DNA of 64,000 nt from Zootoca vivipara (lineage: Eukaryota). The DNA lies in NCBI RefSeq assembly GCF_963506605.1, contig NC_083288.1, forward strand, positions 26,722,001-26,786,000, given 5' to 3'. The notes below the pieces were generated by a model, which was given only the letters and a program-made list of their open reading frames with translations, made no database searches and was not told the DNA's origin. A program made the translations under genes and the position numbers. Position 1 is the stretch's first letter; every line of letters begins with the position of its first letter. This document shows, one piece after another, positions 12,982 through 25,915 of this stretch.

Positions 12982-15335
12982 GTGCACTACTTCCCTAGAA
13001 TATACACACTTTTCTTATAAATCCAATTAGCATTAATCACTTGAAATAGATTCAGAGAGGCACTTATTTCATCTAAATATTTAATTGCCTAATCAGCAGC
13101 ACTTAGGGATCCTACTTGAAGCATTAAAACATTAGGTAAAATATATGCTGATACCCTGGGAACTGAATTGGGAGAAGCATTTTCCAAGTATTTCAGCCAT
13201 ATTGTAGAATTAACATTCATACTTATAGGTAAGTTTTGAAGCACTAACTTATAAAGTATGATACAAGATTATCAATACAGAGTTATTAAAGACATTTCAC
13301 AGGAAGGGTACTGCTACTCAGAAGAGGAGATATTGCTTACAAGCAACTCTTTGCCACAGTCATAGGATTTGTCTGATTCAGGGTCCCTCTTGACTTTAAA
13401 AAGGTTCATTGGTTCAAAATATTAAGCTTATTTTCCTCTCAGATACAACCTTTGCACTCCAAAGCCAGAATATTTTGTGCCACATTTTTGTTACTGGGGG
13501 GGGGGGGGGAGCTACCTACTGTATTTGGTTCCTGCAGTAACATATGTAAATACCGTAGTTTGAATTACTCTCAGGAGATCCACTTGGTGTGCTTAGGTGT
13601 CTTAATGATACTATAAAAGTGTGCTTATTCATACTCATCCTGAAGTAGACAAAGGTGAAGAAGACACAACCACTGGGAATTTTTAGTCTATGTGTTTGGA
13701 CATACAACAAGAGTGATTACTTCTCTTCAAAGACAGAAAACTATATTTTGTACTTTAAGACACATATAAGACAAACTAAAAGAAAGGTTGCTGCCTTCAA
13801 CAGCTGTCTAACCCACAGAGATTTAACCAGTAATTTTTTTCTCAATGATATGATGGATTCTATTAAATGACTTCAGTGGGCACTTTTGGCTCATAACTAA
13901 ATGTTACTGACCATAGTTAAACCCAATACCACAGAACATTAAATAAAGTATTTCCAGACATGCATTTTACAAGTTTCCTCTTGCTCTTAATGTCTCTGTA
14001 GTCAGATCTTTAAAATAATGTTTCTGGCTGCATAATTTGTTGCTTCTCTTTCTTTATGCAATTATACTTTCTATACTGTTCTGGAAATCCTACAGATATC
14101 TGGGTTCATTTACACCCATTGTGTGGTTAGCAACTGGTTAGCACTAACCTCTAAATGTGAATAAAATCCGCTACATTAATATAAAAAGCCTACATTTGTC
14201 TTGCATTTAACCACTCTCAGATAAGTAATGATTTATTCTAAGTCAGAGCTGCTAGATGTACCACATGAGTGATCTTGCAACACACATATCACTATGTGGA
14301 TTAGTACTATTTCCCCCCTTTTTGCAGTTATCTGCAAGGCTAAACAACACAAACATGCATACCAATATTTATTCTATTTACCTTATAAAAGATTCCTTTG
14401 AATACTTTTTCCTGGGATTCACCATTTAAACTCTTCCCAGATTTTGTATTCTTCAAAGGCAAATTCCAGTTCTGTAGATCACTTTTTTCTTGTTCATCCA
14501 AGTGCTTCCAGGTATCTGTCAATCTGCAGGCAATATGGACCCTGCTCAGTAGCTATGTAGCACTTGATTGCTATTATTTATAAAAAGCATACATCCCTAT
14601 GGCACTCAGTGTAGCAGGAACACCTGCTGAATATAACACACAGCCCCCACTTGATTATCAGAAAGGAACACTTTCCCCATTGTACAGATGGACAAACAAA
14701 GGGTTAAATGACTCTCCTAAGGTTCCACAATGAGTCTGTGACAGAACTGTCTGCCTAAGGTATCAGTATGATCTCTGTCACCATAGCAGCCAGCTAGCCA
14801 GCTAACCTCACAATTGATGTATTTACAATCCCCTTTTGGGGTATTATCTCTCATTTCTTATAACAGAAAATGGTAGAGTCTGCGTAAGTCAAGAACCTGC
14901 AAAAACATTAAAAAACTTGTCCCACACAGATGATTTGAGGGAGTAAGTAGCCTATGTCCAGTCTTGTCCCAGATCCCAGCAATTTATGTATGTAGGCAGC
15001 TTGAGTCTTCCCCCTCTAATGCATTTCAATTAATTTTAAATAATGAGAACTTAGAAAAAGAAGAAGTACCCTTGCCAAATATTTCCCTTATTTTAGAATA
15101 TATATTATTTCAAGTTACACCAGTTAGAAACCCAACATGCATTTGTTAGTTCACTGACTAGGGTGATGGACCAGAATGAAAAGCAGCAGGAGGCAGAAAA
15201 GCTGACAACACATTGTAGCGAGGATGCTAGTGAGGAAATTTGTTTCCCAAATATCAGTAGATGTGAATTAGAAGTTGAATGCTACCATTTGAAACATGAA
15301 ACCTACAAATTTTCAACATTTTCAGATTGGATGGT

Positions 15336-15472
15336 ATTTATTTATTTGTTTGTTTATTTATTTATTTATTTATTATACCCCGCCCATCTGGCTGGGTTTC
15401 CCCAGCCACTCTGGGCGGCTTCCAACAGGACATTAAAATACAATAATCTATTAAACATTAAAAGCTTCCCTG
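15336..15472 (-). mobile_element. L2-type 3' tail fragment (related copies at about 30850-31000, 55280-55355, 57305-57450)
   Basis: (TTTA)n followed by ataccccgcccatctggctgggtttccccagccactctgggcggct, the reverse complement of the L2 end seen at 60785-60810. Confidence 0.75.
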
Positions 15473-17700
15473 TATGATGGACAGTGTGTTGCCCTTCCAC
15501 CTCCACACGTAGGAACAGAACCAACGCCAGGTTACTTTAGAACCAGCACTTCCATTCCATTTACAAAAAGCAGCAGTGGGAATATAGTTTAATTGAATAC
15601 ATAGCTCCTAGGCATTCATTGAAGGGGTTAATATTTCGAATTTTAACCATTTTCTTTGGCTCCAAACATTCAAGTTCCATAGTGCTTCAAGTAATGGATA
15701 CAATAGCCCCACTGTTATTCCCTTTAGCCTCCTAACAACCTTATCAGATGGGATATTCCAAGGCTCCTCTATGAACTTTAGGAATCAGCAGATATTGAAA
15801 CATGGATCTCCTACAACCAAATTTAATCTAGTGTAGCATACAGTTATCCAATATGCAAATAATGTCAGTGATATGCATTTTTGTTAACCACATATACTTG
15901 TTAGCATTTTCACCCCTCCCAATGTGAGAATCAGATGATAGTCTCCAGAGAGAGAAGTGGGCGGGAACTGTTCCTTCACTCAATTGCCTTCCTGACTCTG
16001 CTAATTTAGTGGGGTGTGGTATTTGCTATATTGCTCTGTAACTGTTGTGAGTAGCTCTGGCTCTCTGTTATGCTGTGTGTTTGCAGTGAGAGTTGTTTGT
16101 AGCTTTCACACAGCCTATGTATATATTCTGTAAATACGCATTAGCTTGAAGTAATAAAGAGGATTAAAAACCTCTGCCGCAGTATCCATTGTTTATTGAA
16201 GCAGAAGGTGCTCCAGTCATCCTGTTAGCCCAGTTGGGGCAGAAGAGGGACTGAAGACGTGGATATAGCCTGGCATAAAACCCACAATACTATGGTTCAT
16301 TATATATTTACAGTAAGGCCTTCAGTTATTAACCAGATGGCCACCCGTCACTAAAGTATATTATTGTGAAACTATGTATCCAGTATCAGTATATAACAAT
16401 TCAACTGTTGTTGTTTTTCCGGTTAGCTGTCTATAATAAACATAGCAGCTTCTGAAGTACTTTTGTTGTCAGAAGTCAGACCACCATCCGTGAATGGGCT
16501 ACTGACTTGCAACTTGCTGGTTCCTGAGATACTTGCAAATAACGATGGACTATGTGGATCCTTATCGTCACCTGACGTTGAATTTAACAACTTATGTGGA
16601 AGTGTTCTGAGGATAACATGAAATAGTAAGCCTTGCCTGTTAAAAGGAAATACACAGTGGACAGACTAGTTTTTCAATGGTAATGTGGCAAAATAGTTTC
16701 AGCAAACCTACTCAGACATATAATTTATGTACCAAGATTTGATGTAATGAGTTCCGAGGAGACACCTTGGAGGGGCTGCTTGGATCAGGACAAGGGGTAG
16801 GAGAAGCCTATTGACGATGCTGGATTGGGAAAGCTGCATGGGGCCGCAACAATAATCTAAGAGCTCTGGGAGTTAGAATGCAGACAAGGAATCTGATCCT
16901 GGGGAGGTGACAACCCAGTGGGTTGTCACCCCGATGCCCCATTTCAGTCACACACCCACTTTTGACTGCACCACTGGAGCCTTCGCCTCCCACAGCCTCT
17001 GCCTCTCTGCCCACCAAGGAGGCATTTGATTCCCATTCTGGTTCTGAGCCAGCACTGTCAGGATCCTGTCACCTAGGACACAAAGATTCCAGCACCAGTG
17101 TGAAAAGACAGCTCATGTTCAGCCCACCAGAAAGAGTGCCTGCTTGCTTGCTCAGTCTAAAGACACATTCCACTCACTATGCAGAAGCTGTGCTTGCCCT
17201 ATGCTTTTATAATAGGAGCCCAGGGGGCATGTCAGCTGTTGGATCAACATTTCAGCTTGCTAACCTTGTCATGCACCTGCTGTGCTGGTGACCCATGCTT
17301 TGCTTATGTACCATACTGATTTGAACTTCTTTTTTTATTAGAAAACAAAATCTGTGTCTGAGTACTTTGTCCATTGCAAGCTAAGACACTGGGTTTTAAA
17401 ATATTTATTGATTTTATATTTGTTTTAAAGTTATTGTTTTATGTATATATATTTTTCAGTTGGCTTGTTGGTTTTAATTGTGCTCTATCTACTATTTTAT
17501 TTGTGCACTGCTTGAAGAGTTTTTTTGAATAAGGGATTAATAAATTTTATGAATAAGAAAAGATGTTGACTATGTACCCTTACCGTAATTTGTAAGTGTA
17601 ACATTACAGTCTTTCAAATAAAAAGAGTAGTACATACAGGCCTGAAATCATTATCTTAACTTGTGACTCTTGCTGAATTTTCTGTACAGTAGTGAATTTA

Positions 17701-17872
17701 TGTGCGCTGCTCTGGTTCACCAGAAGCGGCTTAGTCATGCTGGCCACATGACCCGGAAGCTGTCTGCGGACAAACGCCGGCTCCCTCGGCCTATAGAGCA
17801 AGATGAGTGCGCAAACCAAGAGTCGTCCATGAGTGGACCTAATGGTCAGGGGTACCTTTACCTTTACCTTTA
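17701..17872 (+). mobile_element. Sauria SINE 3' part
   Basis: ...cagaagcggcttagtcatgctggccacatgacc...(ACCTTT)n tail. Confidence 0.85.
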
Positions 17873-18730
17873 ATGAGTTTAAGGTTAGACTAAATGGGGT
17901 TTGGGGATTCCCTCAAATCCTGCGGCAATATAGCTATAAGATGGGATTCTGTAGAAAAAGAGACTGCTAAAAAGGTCAAACAAGTTTATTTATTAAGGAA
18001 ATAACTTAGGTCTGTTAAGCATATGCTTTGTTACATAACCTTGCACAATGAGTTGTGACAAACTAATAAGTAGAGATACTTCCCAAAAGTTTACATAGGA
18101 CTTCCAGTGAACAATGTCCTAACCTCTCTCCCAGTTTCATATATGGGCCAAAGGCACTTGGGAAAAGATTAAAATAAATGAAACAGCCTTATCTGCAGAG
18201 TATTGCAATATCAGTTATTTGAAGGTTGTTGGCTCAAGTGCAGAAAACTGTGAACAGTAGAAGGGTACACAAAAATTGCACATGAGAATAACTTTTACTT
18301 ACCAGCCTTAGCTGAAACATCTTTTCATCGCACTGTTAAAGAGTGTGCTCACTTTCTGTAAAGGAAGAGTGTAAATAAATTATGAAAGTCATAGGAGTGT
18401 GAGGTGATTGGTGCGGAGACAGTGAGTATTTAACAGAAGTACAAGCCTCAGCACATGTACAGTGAGTTTCTGTTAAGAGCGTGAATGGAGACTCTGATAA
18501 GTCCTTTGATATGGTATCTCCAACTTCTCTGGATCTTCCTTCCCCAGGAGTTCTCTATGACTCCTTCACTGCTTGCATTTAGGGCAGTCAAAACTTTTCT
18601 TTTCTTTTTTTTAATCAGGTTTTTGAGCCATCCTACATATTTGGGCTGCTGTGAGCTTTGTTGTTGTGTTCATATTTTTTTTACTGAATTTAATGTGTGC
18701 GACTCTGATCTCTTGAGGGCAGAGAGGATA

Positions 18731-19081
18731 TAAAGGTAAAGGGTAAAGGGACCCCTGACCATTAGGTCCAGTCGTGACCGACTCTGGGGTTGCGCGCTCA
18801 TCTCGCATTATTGGCCGAGGGAGCCGGCGTATAGCTTCCAGGTCATGTGGCCAGCATGACGAAGCCGCGTTTGGCAAACCAGAGCAGCACATAGAAACGC
18901 CGTTTACCTTCCCGCTGTAGCGGTCCCTATTTATCTACTTGCACTTTGACGTGCTTTCGAACTGCTAGGTTGGCAGGAGCTGGGACCAAGCAACAGGAGC
19001 TCGCCCCGTCACAGGGATTCGAACCGTCGACCTTCTGATCGGCAAGCCCTAGGCTCAGTGGTTTAACCACAGCGCCACCTG
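18731..19081 (-). mobile_element. Sauria SINE, near full-length
   Basis: tRNA-derived head with A/B boxes (ggttcgaatccc on -) and Bov-B-type (ACCTTT)n tail. Confidence 0.9.
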
Positions 19082-19593
19082 TGAATAGAAATTTCTATTT
19101 AAATTACTTTAAATAGAAAAATAAAATATAGCGACAAGCAACAGTGTGAACACTAGCTCTGTAAGGCTGTGTCTGTAGAGCGAGAGAGATGAGGCTCTTT
19201 GTAGTGTGCCAGAGTATAAACATATGTTCTCCCGTGAGGGAAGTGAGGATAATATCAGCATAGGAGCAAGCATATTTCATCTGGATGAGCATGACCCCCA
19301 ACTGTATGAGCTGAAATTGAAGCAGCATTAATGGTGAATCTGAGTGTCACTGCAAAGGCATATACTATAGCGAGGTCAAAGAGTGGCAAGAGTGGCAAAT
19401 AGGTAAGCAGATGTAAGGAAAAAAGGTGGCTCAACAAGTGCAATGTGAATTTGAAGCTGTGTAGAAGTGAACTTCACAGTAAGAGTTCCATGAACCTAAA
19501 CGAGTGTTTCGGAGTATGAGCACCAGTATTTCATGAGGCTAGGAGGACGAGCATTTGAGAGGTGAAAAGTGATTTAACAGAGGCATTGGTTCC

Positions 19594-20025
19594 CATGGCC
19601 AGCCCACCCATTAGGCCAGGTGAGCTGACCACCTCAGGCGGCAGGATCCATGGGGCAGCAGACCTAGCTTCCAAGGAGTCCATCGCCTGCAGCCGCAGTG
19701 ACAGGCATGCTGCCTCTACAGCAGCTCCTTGATGAATAGGAGGCACTGCTGATCTCCTCCCACCCCTAGGGAGGAAATAATGAGGGTTTCCCTCTGGGGT
19801 CTCCTGAGCTCTGCACCCACCCACTCAACTGTCAGGTAAGGCTGATTCGACACCCCCTGCCTGTTTCCGCTGTGGTTCTTCACTCCTGCCTTGTTATCAG
19901 TGTAGATCTGCATTCCCTCCCTTTGTTTCCGACTTAGGTCTTCACTCACCCCTTTCTCCCTGTCAGGTTGGGGGCACCATTTTGTTATTTGGCCTCAGGT
20001 GCCAAAATGCCTTGGGCAGGCCCTG
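19594..20025. mobile_element. hAT-type MITE upstream of the SLC25A39 promoter
   Basis: Imperfect TIRs catggccagccca / tgggcaggccctg; left flank ttggttcc, right flank ttggttggttcc. Confidence 0.65.
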
Positions 20026-20559
20026 TTGGTTGGTTCCGATTCTATACACATTTTGTGTTAACACACGCATGATGGTCCAGTGAGCTCTGAAAATCCCCAC
20101 CTCAGCAAAACCTATTTACCAGAGGAGAAAGTGGTGCGGGTATAAAAAAAGCAAAGTCAAAAGCAGTCTGGTGGGTGCAGTGTCCAGTTTTGGACTTTTT
20201 AAAAAACCTAAAGTCCAAGTCTGACCCTACCTTACAGGATTGCTTTGGGAATAAAAAGGTGAGGCTACATAGACCACCCCAAGCTCTGGAGAAGGCGACG
20301 GCAGAATGAAAACGTAATACTGTACATAAGCTGCCTTCAACTGGGGAGTGTGTGCTGGCGAGGAGTTATGGTCCCCCTCCCTCCAAGTGAAATGGGTGGG
20401 CGCGAACTAGGCACTGCATAAAAATATGGAAGAAGTGCTGAGGAGAAAGCATTTCGAGAGAAGGAGGGCTAAGTGAGAACTATGAGCTGAGGAGAAACCA
20501 CCCCCAAGTGCTGGGCCTTAGGTTTCGATCACGCCTGGCTGCCTTTGCCTGCCTAACTG

Positions 20560-20830
20560 AGCGCGAACTACGCTGACAGCAACCAAAGAACGGCGAGCGA
20601 GGCTCGAGCTAGAAGATAAACCGTTGGGCGCTTTAAAAAAAAACACCTCCGAGGGTGGCGCGTTAAAGCCCCGCCCCTTTTCCGGCACGAGGCACAGCCG
20701 ATTGCATCACAGACCGGCGGGCGCGCGGGCAGGGTAAGACAGACACGCGCGAAATCTCCCTCCGCCCCTCTCATCACATTGTACAGGAAGTACTGCTGGA
20801 GCCACTTCCGGGGCGGCTGGAGTGACGGGA
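20560..20830 (+). promoter_or_regulatory. CpG-island promoter of SLC25A39
   Basis: CpG-dense, no obvious TATA box; GC boxes (gccccgcccc ~20668, ctccgcccc ~20760), E2F-like GCGCGAAA 20747-20754, inverted ETS/GABP pair CAGGAAGT 20784-20791 and ACTTCCGG 20804-20811. Confidence 0.75.
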
Positions 20831-21065
20831 CAACGTCCCGTCCTCTGAGTCCTCGGTCTTGAGAGGGTTTCTTTCTGGTTCCTCGGTTTCAAAAGCCGCC
20901 GAGATCCGTTTCTTTATTTTTTAAAAAAATAAAAAGGCCCGAGAAGGCGGCAAATGGGCTTCCTGAAAGGCGCCGTTGTTTTGGGTTCGCGCTGGGCCTT
21001 CCCGAGGGCGCCCGTCGTTCCTGGACGGAGCTGGGAGACGAGCAGCACGTGGCTGGGATGAGTAG
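20810..21065 (+). other. SLC25A39: Probable non-coding exon 1 (5' UTR) of SLC25A39; start approximate
   Basis: Lies in the CpG island and ends at consensus donor TAG|GTGAGT (21065/21066). Confidence 0.6.
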
Positions 21066-21731
21066 GTGAGTGGGGGCCCCGAGGCGGGCCTGTGCTGAGG
21101 GAGAGGGTGGGAGAGATGGCGGCGGGGGGGGGTAGGTCGTCTGTATCTGTGTGTCGGTCTCTGTTGGGGGTGGGGTGGGATTTGATAGTTCCCCTTTATG
21201 CCCCGGTGCGAGTGGTTGGCGGTGAGGGTTAAGCAGCGGGGGAGGACGAGGAGGAAGAAGAAAGAAGAAGGAGTCGACCTGGAAGAGGAGCAGGAGCCCA
21301 CCTGGATCAGGCGAAGGGCTCATCGAGTCCAGGATCCAGCTTGTAGCAGCGGCCGCCCTGATGTCTCCTTAAAAAACCGCAGGCAAGGTGGGAAGGTGAC
21401 GGACTGATTCTTGGATCCAGAATTGGCCTTCACAGTCACTTACGGACCCATTGTTAAAATCGTGTTTATGGAAGACAATCTTACTCGGCCACGAGTGATC
21501 GCGGAAGAAGAAGAGGAGTACTCCAGGTATACTGCGCCTGAACATGGAGGTTTGATCGAGCCCTTATGAATCAGGAACCCTTGTTGGGCATGCCCAGTAC
21601 GAATTTATCAGAGCAATTAAAAAAGAACAACACTTGATTTTTTTTAAAAAAAAGTAAATTTACTGTAGATAGGTGATGACTTTAAAAGGAAATTAAACTG
21701 ATTTACCAACGGTGTAAACATGATCCCAGGA

Positions 21732-21763
21732 ATATACATATACATATATATATATATATATAT
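21732..21763. repeat. (TA)n microsatellite
   Basis: Direct reading. Confidence 0.85.
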
Positions 21764-24415
21764 AGTGAATGTATGTTAAGTAGTGATAATATTTGGCTAG
21801 AGTTTTATTTACTTGTTGATACGTGGGATGTGTGTTGCAACATTCAAGATTATTCTAGTATTTATATCATTGTGGTATTGATGTCGTTGAACAATTCTTG
21901 TATATTCTGTATAATTTGCTTTTAAAAATGTAAGGGGCATTTTGCCTTCCCTCCCCATGCCTTTTCCATCCATTGAAGTGTATTGCTTTAAACTGTATGT
22001 CATCACAATATGAAATAAAAGAAAAACCATGTCGTCACAGCATAAATTTTGTTCTCCCCCCCCCATACGACAAATTTATTGAAAAGTAAAACAGGATTAA
22101 TCAGAACCTGTAAATAAAACCTGGTAGTCAACCCTTCAAACGGTGGAATTAATTAATTAAGCCATTAATTTGCCGAGGTTGAATATTTCTCATTTCCAGC
22201 CTTTCCATGAAGGAGCAGCATCCTTGACAGGGCCCAAGCCTTAACACAAAATGGGAAGGTGCTGTGCAGATATTGTTCACCAAAGCATCAAGTTCTTCTC
22301 TATCCCTGTGTGTAGGAGTGCAGAATTCAAAGCTTGCAGCCCAAGTCCAGATTGCCAGCTTCACTGGTGATATAACCCATAAGAGTGAGGAACAAGGTCT
22401 GCTCTTCGTCCTATGCCTGCTTAAGGTGTGTTGCAGCTAGAAGAAGCTTGATCTGTGGTGATCACAGAGGTAGTGCAGCCAGCTGCAGCTGCTTCATACT
22501 GAGCCCCAAACAACATGGAAACCTGTGATTGGGAACTCTGCTTGGAGCTTGTCAACCTGTTTAAACCTCTTTGGTAAGGCAAATTGTGCAGCGAAAGATG
22601 GAAACCCCTTTGGTAAAAAGATGGGTGGGAAGGAATGTGTCTTGAAAAGTGAGGATTGGTGAAGAAGTTTATGCCTGGAGTAGTGAGGCAAGGGGTCACG
22701 ACTAAACAACAAGAAGTGAGGCAAGGATGGTGGTACAGTAGGCACTGTTGTGTACCCTAAAAACTAGATAATCACTCAGGCTTCCTTTATATGTATAGTG
22801 ACATATGGTGGGGGTAGGGAATGGGCTGTTAGATTTCTTTTGGTAGCTGGTAAAAATGGGGTTTTGGTTGGGTGGTGCGTTTTTTAGTGCTATCAAATAC
22901 AAGTCTTTCATTTTTACAGTACTGACACATAATTTCTTAGGCAAGCAGTGTGCCTACGCATGTATGCTGGGAAATGCAACCTCCCCTCCCCCCCCAATGT
23001 TCTTTGAATCCATGGTTTGAGAACTGTTAATCTGCCTCTGGAATGAAGGTGTTCATGTACAGCTGGATAAGTAGTTTTGTGTGGTGTACCTTTTCATCTT
23101 CCTAGCCTCTCTGTATTCCAACGATGTATTAAGTGCATTCTCCAGATCTTTTAACAGTTAAGGCAGTAAGTAATCTATCTAATGTGATGCTAAGGATGCA
23201 TTCTTCCTTAAAAAACATAAGCAGGTTATTAGATCAGATCTAGATCCATGTAGTCCAACATCCCTTGCAAAAATCCCAGCAAACTGCAGGCTATAGGTTA
23301 TCAAAAACTGACCTGATAGATATCAGTTCTCACACCTCCTCTAGATACTGAGAAATGAGGCACTGTGTGTAAGAGAGAGGAAGAGGAAGGAGGAAATATT
23401 AAGGTATGTGTTAACTAGAATGGGAGGGAGAAAAGCAGATAGATCTGGCTGGGTGCATGCTTCTGTAATTTTTAAGTAGCGTATGGTTTAGGAGAGGCTT
23501 TATAGTTGAGATCAGTATTTGCGTGGCCTCCAAATAGTCAATGAGCTTTAAGTTATGATACAGTTGAGACATTTGGAGGTCAGGACTAGAGAAGCATGCT
23601 TTTGCTGGGATCTGAGCCAGTATGGGAAGGCGGGGGATGGCGTGGGTCAGTCAAAGCCACTGCATAATTGTTCCTTGACCCTTGACTATAGAGTAAATGT
23701 TTAATATGCTTGGTAGCACAACTTCATCTTTTATCGTGTAGAAATATGAACTTGTTTTTATTGCTGTTACTAAAGATTGCAGAAGTGTCTAGAAGCCTTT
23801 GGAAGCTGTGAGGGAAAAGTTATTTATTTATAGGTGGGACAAGCTGGGGTACAATGTCTAGAAAGCCTGCACGAGTTGCAAAATCGAATTGCTTTTTCAG
23901 ATCTCTATAGTTAGTGAATTTGTGCTTTTAAAAACCTCTAAGCTTATCATCTAGTCCTGATTATTGCTCTTTTGGAGCATGATCTTCTGGCAGGACAAAT
24001 GATTTTGCTGACATAACAAATAAGAATCTGAATATAATTTGGGGCTCAAATATGAGATAGAGAGAGAAGGTTTATTTTAAATATACCAGCACCTTTCCAA
24101 CTTCCTCAGTTTGAACAACCAGTGGAAACAAGTTTGGCGATTTAAACACCAGATCTAGGATGTATGTTAAACCAATTTTTGACTTGGAGATTATCTACAA
24201 AATGTTATTAAAGATTCCCCCAGAAAAGCCAGGGAATTGTAGCATTTTCAGGATGCTGAGAATTGTATGCTAGAGATCTCTAGCACACCTTGCACAACTA
24301 CTACCCAGTGATGATTTCTGGCTGAGCTGAGGTATTTCGCTTCTTAGGGAACGTTTTTTCAGCCCAAGCACCACATTCCTTTCTGGGCAGCCTTTGCAGG
24401 GTCTGTATTCTAGTG

Positions 24416-24551
24416 CAGTGTTTCTCAAATTTGTTCCCCCAGCTGTTGTTGGACTACAACTCCCATCATCCCTAGTTAGCAGGACCAGTGGTCAGGGGTG
24501 ATGCATGCTGTAGTCCAACAATAACTGAGGACACAAGTCTGAGAAACACTG
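24416..24551. mobile_element. hAT MITE (ggactacaactcccatcatccct family) nested in an older repeat
   Basis: TIR cagtgtttctc / gagaaacactg; degenerate 8-bp TSD ttctagtg / tcctagcg. Confidence 0.75.
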
Positions 24552-25749
24552 TCCTAGCGGTAGGTGGAGCCAGAGGCAAAAGTGGCCAGAATAATGAATC
24601 TCAACCTACTAAACTACCTTGATATGGCAGGTTAGTTTCTCTACCCATGCTTATACCCCTTTCTCTCCTCTACCCAGACAATCAAAAAGCATTGTCAGAG
24701 GTCACAGACACATTCCAGCCCAGCAAACACTCAAGGAAGGAACAGCCTTGAGAGGGGGTGTGGCTGGGGAGAGTTTGAGGGTCAGGTAGGAGCCTGGACC
24801 AGTGTTAGAAACTGGCATAGGAAAACTAGGAGCCATGTGGCTCCTGGGACTTGGGTTGTGGACACCAAACATGTTTAGGTGCCATTCTGTTTTGCTGCCA
24901 CGCTGGTGCCCCCCTCCCTGACTATCTAAGTTGTGTGGCAGCGAAAATTTTTTTAAAAAAATTGCTGGCAAATCAGGTGTTCTGCAGGGTAGCGCACGTC
25001 TTTTGTTGCTGCAGTACTCAGCAGACCATTTGACTGCAGCCAGGCAGGTGGAGATGCTAGGTGCCAAAGGTGGTGCCCGGACATCTCCAGTCGCAAAAGA
25101 CCTGTTGCCAGCCGCAAAGTGCAACTGGCTCCTGGCTCATTTCGGAAGTGTGTTGCATGTGTTTTTAGTTGGTTTTCAAGAAAAAAATGGATGATCATGT
25201 GTTAGGATTTTTTAAAAATATAGCCTATCCCATCTCCGAGTTGATTGATTGCAGTTATAGCCTACCTTTTCCTCCAAGGAGTATATGGTTCTCTTCCTCC
25301 TTGTTTTGTTTCACAACTCTGGGAGGTAAGTTAAGCTGAGAGACTGTGACTGCCCCCATGTCACCCTGTGAGCTTCATGGCCAAGCAGGGATTTTGTTGT
25401 GAATCTCATGTGAGATACCCGCACAGTGGAAGTTGCTCCCAGTACCAGTCACCACACAGAAGTAGACAAAGGTTCAGATGGTTTACTGTTGCAGAAGATA
25501 AGGCTCAGTAAAACAGTTATGCACATAGACATGCACAGTTTGTAGGTTTTGATACAAATAACATACAGATCCATGCAAGTACAAAGTATCTCTGTTGCTC
25601 TAAGTAAGTCCAGCAATTCAGGACGTAATACTGGACAACTGACTGGCTAACAGACACCACTGAGCTGATATGCATTAATCACAGATATTGTTGGGGTACT
25701 GGGCCATTACCATAGCAACTGGCTTGACCTTGCACCTGCGATTAGCTCG

Positions 25750-25915
25750 TCCTGGATAGCTCAGTTGGTTAGAGCATGGTGCTGATAATTAATGCCAAGG
25801 TTGAAGATTAGATCCCCATATGGGACTGCTGCCTATTCCTGCATTGCATAGGGTTGGACTAGATGATCCGCTGAGTCCCTTCCAACTCTGCACGTCTATG
25901 ATTATGTGATCCATG
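25750..25915 (+). mobile_element. tRNA-Ile-derived SINE with CR1-type 3' tail
   Basis: tagctcagttggttagagcatggtgctgataa head followed by ggttggactagatga...cccttccaactc...tatgattatgtga. Confidence 0.75.

Noticed and set aside
15923-17388. Solo LTRs at about 15923-16286 and 16743-17388 (also about 54475-54985)
   Set aside because: TG...CA ends and TATA/poly(A)-like motifs are suggestive, but I found no matching 4-6-bp TSDs or second copy; a repeat-library search is needed
20889-21407. Proline-rich and acidic ORFs at the SLC25A39 promoter
   Set aside because: Low-complexity CpG-island sequence; no homology recognised
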